Assembly: GCA_951406725.2 (NCBI GenBank) | Contig: OX597818.1 | Span: 114,204,001 to 114,268,000 of the forward strand | DNA length: 64,000 bases | Source of the DNA: Octopus vulgaris | Taxonomy: Eukaryota | Direction: 5' to 3' | Shown here: positions 58,600-64,000 of the stretch, in pieces | Numbering within the stretch: the stretch's first letter is position 1 | Layout: each line of letters opens with the position of its first letter | Notes under the pieces: generated by a model | Databases searched by the model: none | What the model saw: the letters and a program-made list of their open reading frames with translations, nothing else | Told to the model about the DNA's origin: nothing | Made by a program: the position numbers and the translations under genes

Positions 58600-58808
58600 C
58601 AAAAAAATAAATAAATAGTTACCATGGTAGCAAAAATTCACATAAGTGCCAGGGATGTTACACCCTACTTATAAAGGTAAAAATTCCAGGGTTTAGTGAA
58701 ATGTTTTTGAATGACTTAGATAAATTAAGAAATGGAGTTAAACGCAGGGGTTATTAAAATCAATTTGAATAACACCTGCGTTTAACTCCATTAATTAATT
58801 TATCTATA
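58600..58808. mobile_element. Short fold-back copy of the 55071-55340 family
   Basis: ~40-nt arms around 58763. AATTTGAATAACACCTGCGTTTAACTCCATT matches 55163-55193, and reverse-complement GTGAATTTTTGCTACCATGGTAACT matches 55271-55294. Confidence 0.65.
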
Positions 58809-58915
58809 TAAATTGTCTCATTTCATTTAACACACACACATATATAAATACATATATATATATATTTATATGTTAAATAAAATGAGACAACATAGCCAAG
58901 GCAGTGTGAAATGTG

Positions 58916-58963
58916 GTCTTACAGCTGTTTCAGGCATATGAGGGATATCCCTTCATCAGAGAC
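58916..58963 (-). ncRNA. Minimal type I hammerhead ribozyme, intact core
   Basis: Minus strand reads GTCT-CTGATGA-AGGGATAT-CCCTC-ATATGCCT-GAAA-CAGCTG-TA-AGAC. Confidence 0.88.
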
Positions 58964-59142
58964 GATATGAGGGAGTTAACTAGAGGGAAATAGTAGAGTT
59001 CAATATAAGGAGTTATTTTGGAAAGGGAGAGATATAGGAAGTATAAAGGCAAATAGGAAGTATACTTCCTGTATCTTTCCCTTCCAAAATAACTTCTTAC
59101 CTTGGACTCTACTGTTTCCCTCTAGTTTACTCACTCATAACA

Positions 59143-59188
59143 TCTCTGATGAAGGGATATTCCTCATATCCCTGAAACAGGTGTAAGA
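59143..59188 (+). ncRNA. Minimal type I hammerhead ribozyme, mirror copy
   Basis: TCT-CTGATGA-AGGGATAT-TCCTC-ATATCCCT-GAAA-CAGGTG-TA-AGA. Confidence 0.85.
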
Positions 59189-59449
59189 CAACTTTTCTAT
59201 TTATAAATGTCCTAGAAATTTGACTCTGCTTTGGATTTGTTGTCTCATTTCATTTAACATATACATGTACACACACAACCCTTATTAAATTCCTCACTCA
59301 TACTATTATCGAAGCAGGAGTCTAACTACGGTCCTTGCGTAGCACTTACATAAACTTACCTGCCATTTTCGGTCTTCTGGATGCCAAAACTTCTCATGTA
59401 TATATTTATGTGTATATACGCACAAATATACATATATATAATCTTTTAT

Positions 59450-59838
59450 TCTTTTATTTGTTTCAGTCTTTTGACTGCGGCAATGCTGGAGCACCGCATT
59501 TAGTCGAACAAATCGATCCCAGGACTTATTTTTTGTAAGCCTAGTACTTATCCTATAGGTCTCTTTTGTCGAACCGCTAGGTTACTGGGACGTAAAGGCA
59601 TCAACATCAACATCGGTTGTCAAGCGATGGTAGCAGGACAAACACAGACACATAAATACACAAACACACACACACACATACATATACAACGGGGTTCCGT
59701 CTACCAAATCCACTCACAAGGCTTTGGTCGGTGCGAGGCTATAGTAGAAGACACTTGCCCAAGGTGCCACACAGTGGGACTGAACCCGGCACCATGTGGT
59801 TCGTAAGCAAGCTACTTACCACACAGCCACTCCTACGT
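59450..59838 (-). mobile_element. SINE family B
   Basis: Reverse complement of the family B sequence. Confidence 0.8.
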
Positions 59839-60235
59839 CTATATATATATATATATATATATACATACGCACACACACACACATATTGTAAAATATACAG
59901 CAGACCTACTGCATACCACACACTTTCACACGTTAAAACGATCAATAAAATAACAAAGAGCATACGCACTCATATATGATTACACCCAATATTATAAGAC
60001 ATTTCATATATCACGAATGAATCACGACGCAGCCCTCCTATTATACAGTTGTCGCCCAATCATAGCAAGCATTCAATAAATACATCCACGTTTATGCAAC
60101 ACGCATTCTGCCACACCGGTCTCCACTCTTTTTTGTATCATAGACGTGTTTCGTGCTGGATAATTTTTCCCCCAGAATGCATAACAAAACACAATAAAAA
60201 ACATAATACATAGTTTAATTGTTGCATATATATGT

Positions 60236-60575
60236 GGAGGCGCAATGTCTCAGTGGTTAGAGCAGCGGGCTTTGTGAGTGTTCATTGAGCGAAAACACCT
60301 AAAGCTCTATGAGGCTCCGGCAGTGAGTGGTGGCGAACCCTGCTGTACTCTTTCACCACAACTTTCTCTCATTCTTTCTTCCTGTTTCTGTTGTATCTGT
60401 ATTTCGAAATGCCAGCCTTGTCACACTCTGTGTCACGCTGAATCTCCCCGAGAATTACGTTAAAGGTACACGTGTCCGTGGACTGCTGAGCCACTTGCAC
60501 ATTAATTTCACGAGCAGGCTGTTCCGTTGATCGGATCAACTGGGACCCTCGTCGTCGTAACTGACGGAGTGCTAC
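60236..60575 (+). mobile_element. SINE family C
   Basis: GGAGGCGCAATGTCTCAGTGGTTAGAGCAGCGG head. Tail GGGACCCTCGTCGTCGTAACTGACGGAGTG is shared with ~22840-22870 and ~62985-63020. Confidence 0.75.
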
Positions 60576-61664
60576 GCATTACATATATAAGGTATGTGGC
60601 CAAGTGGTTAGGTTATTGCATTCACGGAAGATCGATCACTGGCTCGATTCGCGGACAGGGCGGCATGTTCTGTTCTTGGGCAACACATTTCATTTCGACT
60701 CAGTTATTCCCTGTGACGAAAAAGCTTTCTGATCAGTGGATATGTTGAGCTGCTCCCCTAGGTGGCGTCATTCGAAAGTTAAAACTATGTGAAAGGCATT
60801 GTGACTAGCTATGTATAACAACATCCGATAATCTGGTTGATGCGGTGATATGATGCATATATAATACAACAATACTAGACAGACTAGTTTACAATGAAAT
60901 GCGAAATGATAAGTTAATCTCGGTGGAATTTGAACTATGAATGAAATGATAGACGAAATGGCGCAAAGCATTTTCCCAGTGTGATAACAATTGAGGCAGC
61001 TCGACACCTTTCAAAGCAAAAATCAATATTAATTTATTCTGACCGTTAACAGGTACGATGTCAACTCTGGAGATCTTTTGAGGTTATTAAACTTTCTCAG
61101 ACACGAAAAGACTTTCCTGTTACTTGCCAGACTAGGAACAAGAGAATCACTGTTTGCTTGCATAATCACATACATCAGTTGCGATGACTGAATAATTTAA
61201 GGATTGAAAAGAAATTTCTAAGGATGAAATCTGAACGTACATATGCATATTTGTGTGCTTAGTGTGCTCGTTATTCGTGTTTCAACCTAAAGAAGCAATT
61301 AGCTTGTTAAAATACTGGTGACCCAGTATCCTTTGTGCCAGGTTTTTTCACATTTTCTTGTTGTGAAAGGGAGACGTTGTTCTCCTGTGACGTGCGCAAC
61401 AACGAATAGCATATTTGTGATAGAATCTGCCGGAATATGTGCAAATAATTTTGCATGTCCAGAGGACAATGATACACAAGGATCAAAAACATTGAGATGC
61501 ATCTGGTAGTGCAATGGAATCTCACACGAAACTAATTAAAATACGATGCTGCTGTAAAACTCCAATGGGATGAAAGGGAAATTTGGAGCTTGGTAAGATT
61601 TGAACGCAAAACGGTCAGAGCCGAAAGAGATATCGTTAGGCACAATGCTAGTTCTTTGTATTCT

Positions 61665-61884
61665 TTTATTCTTTTACCTGTATCAGTCATTTGACTGCGG
61701 CCATGCTGGATCACCGCCTTTAGTCGAATCAAATCGATCCTAGGATTTATTCATTGTAAGCCTAGTACTTATTGTATCGGTCTCTTTTGCCGAACCGCTA
61801 AGTCATGGGGACGTAAACACACCAGCATCGGTTGTCAAGCGATGTTGGGAGGACAAACACAGATACACAACATATACACACACG

Positions 61885-61981
<97 letters not shown>

Positions 61982-62489
61982 ATATATACATATAAAAGTA
62001 AATAAATGGCACAACGAAGCACCGATATTTACTGGAAAATAGCGAACGTAATAAATACGACGCTAATGTATAGCTTCAGTGCGTATGTACTAGTAAAGAC
62101 GCGTGTGTGCAACAAACATGAAAAAAATTATCTTACCTCTAGGAAGAACATCTGAAAAATGAAAAACCTAGAAACAGACTCTCCAAAATACGTCTGCCAT
62201 ACGTATTTTGGAGAGTCTGAAACCGGTCCTGCATTATCCGTTTCTAGGTTTTTCATTTTTCAGATGTTCTTCCTAGAGGTAAGACAATTTTTTTCATGTT
62301 TGTTGCACACACGCGTCTTTACTAGTACATACGCAGTGAAGCTATACATTAGCGTCGTATTTATTACGTTCGCTATTTTTCAGTAAATATCGGTGCTTCG
62401 TTTTGCCATTTATTTACTTTTATATGTATAATTTTACCCTTACGGGCTATCCTTTACTGGAAAGCAATACTCTCGTATTGCATTACTAT

Positions 62490-62531
<42 letters not shown>

Positions 62532-62687
62532 ACGACGGTTTCTTTCAGTTTCCGTCTACCAAATCCACTCACAAGGCTTTGGTCTGCCTGAGGCTATAGT
62601 AGAAGACACTTGCCCGAGGTGCCACGCAGTGGGACTGAAACCAGGAAGCATGTGGTTGATAAGCAAGCTTCTTACCACACAGCCACT
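61665..62687 (-). mobile_element. SINE family B split by a nested fold-back element
   Basis: The 3' half is at 61665-61885 and the 5' half at 62533-62687. The central microsatellite holds 61986-62495. Confidence 0.8.
61986..62495. mobile_element. Fold-back element with HHR 3' half at its centre
   Basis: Arms are ~61986-62175 and ~62240-62430. The spacer is a long hairpin (AGACTCTCCAAAATACGT/ACGTATTTTGGAGAGTCT) followed by GAAA-CCGG-TC. Confidence 0.82.
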
Positions 62688-63027
62688 GTTCGCTTTGCAG
62701 CCTCAGTTCAACAGCGAGACACCTTGGGCAATATCTTCTACTAAAACCAACTATCCGTACAGTATATAGAGAAGAGTTTTAACACGAGAAGATGGAATGA
62801 ACAGATTTGTGATAAACCCCGTTCATTTCATCTTCTCGTGTTAAAATTCCTACATATATATGTGTGTGTGTGCGTGTGTATGTGAGCGTGTGTGTGAAGT
62901 GGCTTAGTGGCTAGGGCATTGAACTCACGATCGCGTTGGGTCCTTCAGCCAGACACTTTATTTCACATCGCTCCAGGTCACTCAGCTGGGACCCTCATCG
63001 TCGTAACCGACGGAGTGTTCCTTATAA

Positions 63028-63076
<49 letters not shown>

Positions 63077-63227
63077 GTGAAAAAACGGTATGGACGATTT
63101 GTTTTGGAGTCTCGCAATATCATGTACGCCTATGAGGATTTACTTTCCCAGTGAAACTCGGTTTTTTCTCAAACTTTTTCTCAAACCTGTTATAATGTGA
63201 TACATGTCTTTGGTGTGGTAATTGTAC

Positions 63228-63320
63228 GCGGCTGAAGAAGGCTTTTGATCTACCTGTTATATCAATTATGCACTGATATAAGAATAAGTTGTTCAATAAA
63301 GCCCGAAACATATGTACCGC
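63228..63320 (+). ncRNA. Type I hammerhead ribozyme, intact core, extended stem II (in a (TA)n-flanked element 63074-63350)
   Basis: GCGG-CTGAAGA-AGGCTTT...AAAGCCC-GAAA-CATATG-TA-CCGC, with palindromic stem III and a GUA site. Confidence 0.88.
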
Positions 63321-63349
63321 AAAATCCTTTGCGTCCTGTTTTTCTTTTG

Positions 63350-63441
<92 letters not shown>

Positions 63442-63443
63442 AC

Positions 63444-63485
<42 letters not shown>

Positions 63486-64000
63486 ATGGCAGATACTTGT
63501 GTGTTATGTGTGAAGGACAATTAAAATATTCTTTTTAGACAGGTTCTTTAATGACTTTGATGTTAGAACTTGCGTCTCAACCTCCAACTAATAATTAAGA
63601 CAAATAAAGTATCATATTGCTGGACTGTGTCCCAGTTTCAACACTCGGTTATAGCGTTACCGCTATTCCATTTCACCATTTCGCCACTAACAAGTGTATC
63701 AAAAGCATATATTATCACACAGCCTCATTTTCCTGTCCTATAAATCTAACGCTGTCAATCTGACCTCTTCTGAAATATGAGAAGTTGCCCTTATACAAAA
63801 ACAAAACAAATCTAAATCGATAATAATGTTCGAATAGTTTATTATCTTATTATCCCAACTTAAATGAAAAGCTACATTTCAAGTTTTACAACAGTTAGAG
63901 AATGGAATTCCCTTGATTGGTTAATGATCTCTCTGCTTGTAATTCGGGATCGGTTAGCTTCGCCATGGTCTTTATTTAATTATTTATTGTTTAGAGAGAT

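Larger units (their letters stand above)
58870..59265. mobile_element. Fold-back HHR element with diverged arms
   Basis: Arms ~58870-59045 and ~59060-59265 are imperfect reverse complements, each holding an HHR. Confidence 0.82.

Overview
AT-rich eukaryotic (animal) genomic DNA made almost entirely of microsatellites and transposable-element debris. The repeat landscape resembles an octopus/coleoid cephalopod genome (inference, not verified). No host protein-coding gene can be called with confidence, and most ORFs in the supplied track are translations of simple repeats. Recognisable elements are APE-RT LINEs of the CR1/L2 group, RTE LINE fragments, a dense co-oriented cluster of R4/Dong-like REL-endonuclease LINEs in (AAT)n tracts, three SINE families, and mariner, Tigger/pogo and Helitron relics. 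The most striking signal is a set of about ten sequence-distinct short non-coding elements embedded mostly in (TA)n tracts. They carry type I hammerhead-ribozyme (HHR) motifs (CUGANGA...GAAA, mostly palindromic stem III, often greatly extended stem II) and occur as long head-to-head fold-back palindromes and circularly permuted partial tandems. This points to a Penelope-like/retrozyme-type system. A local duplication supplies filled-versus-empty sites showing insertion into (TA)n. Coordinates were read by eye; element boundaries are approximate (roughly 10-30 nt).
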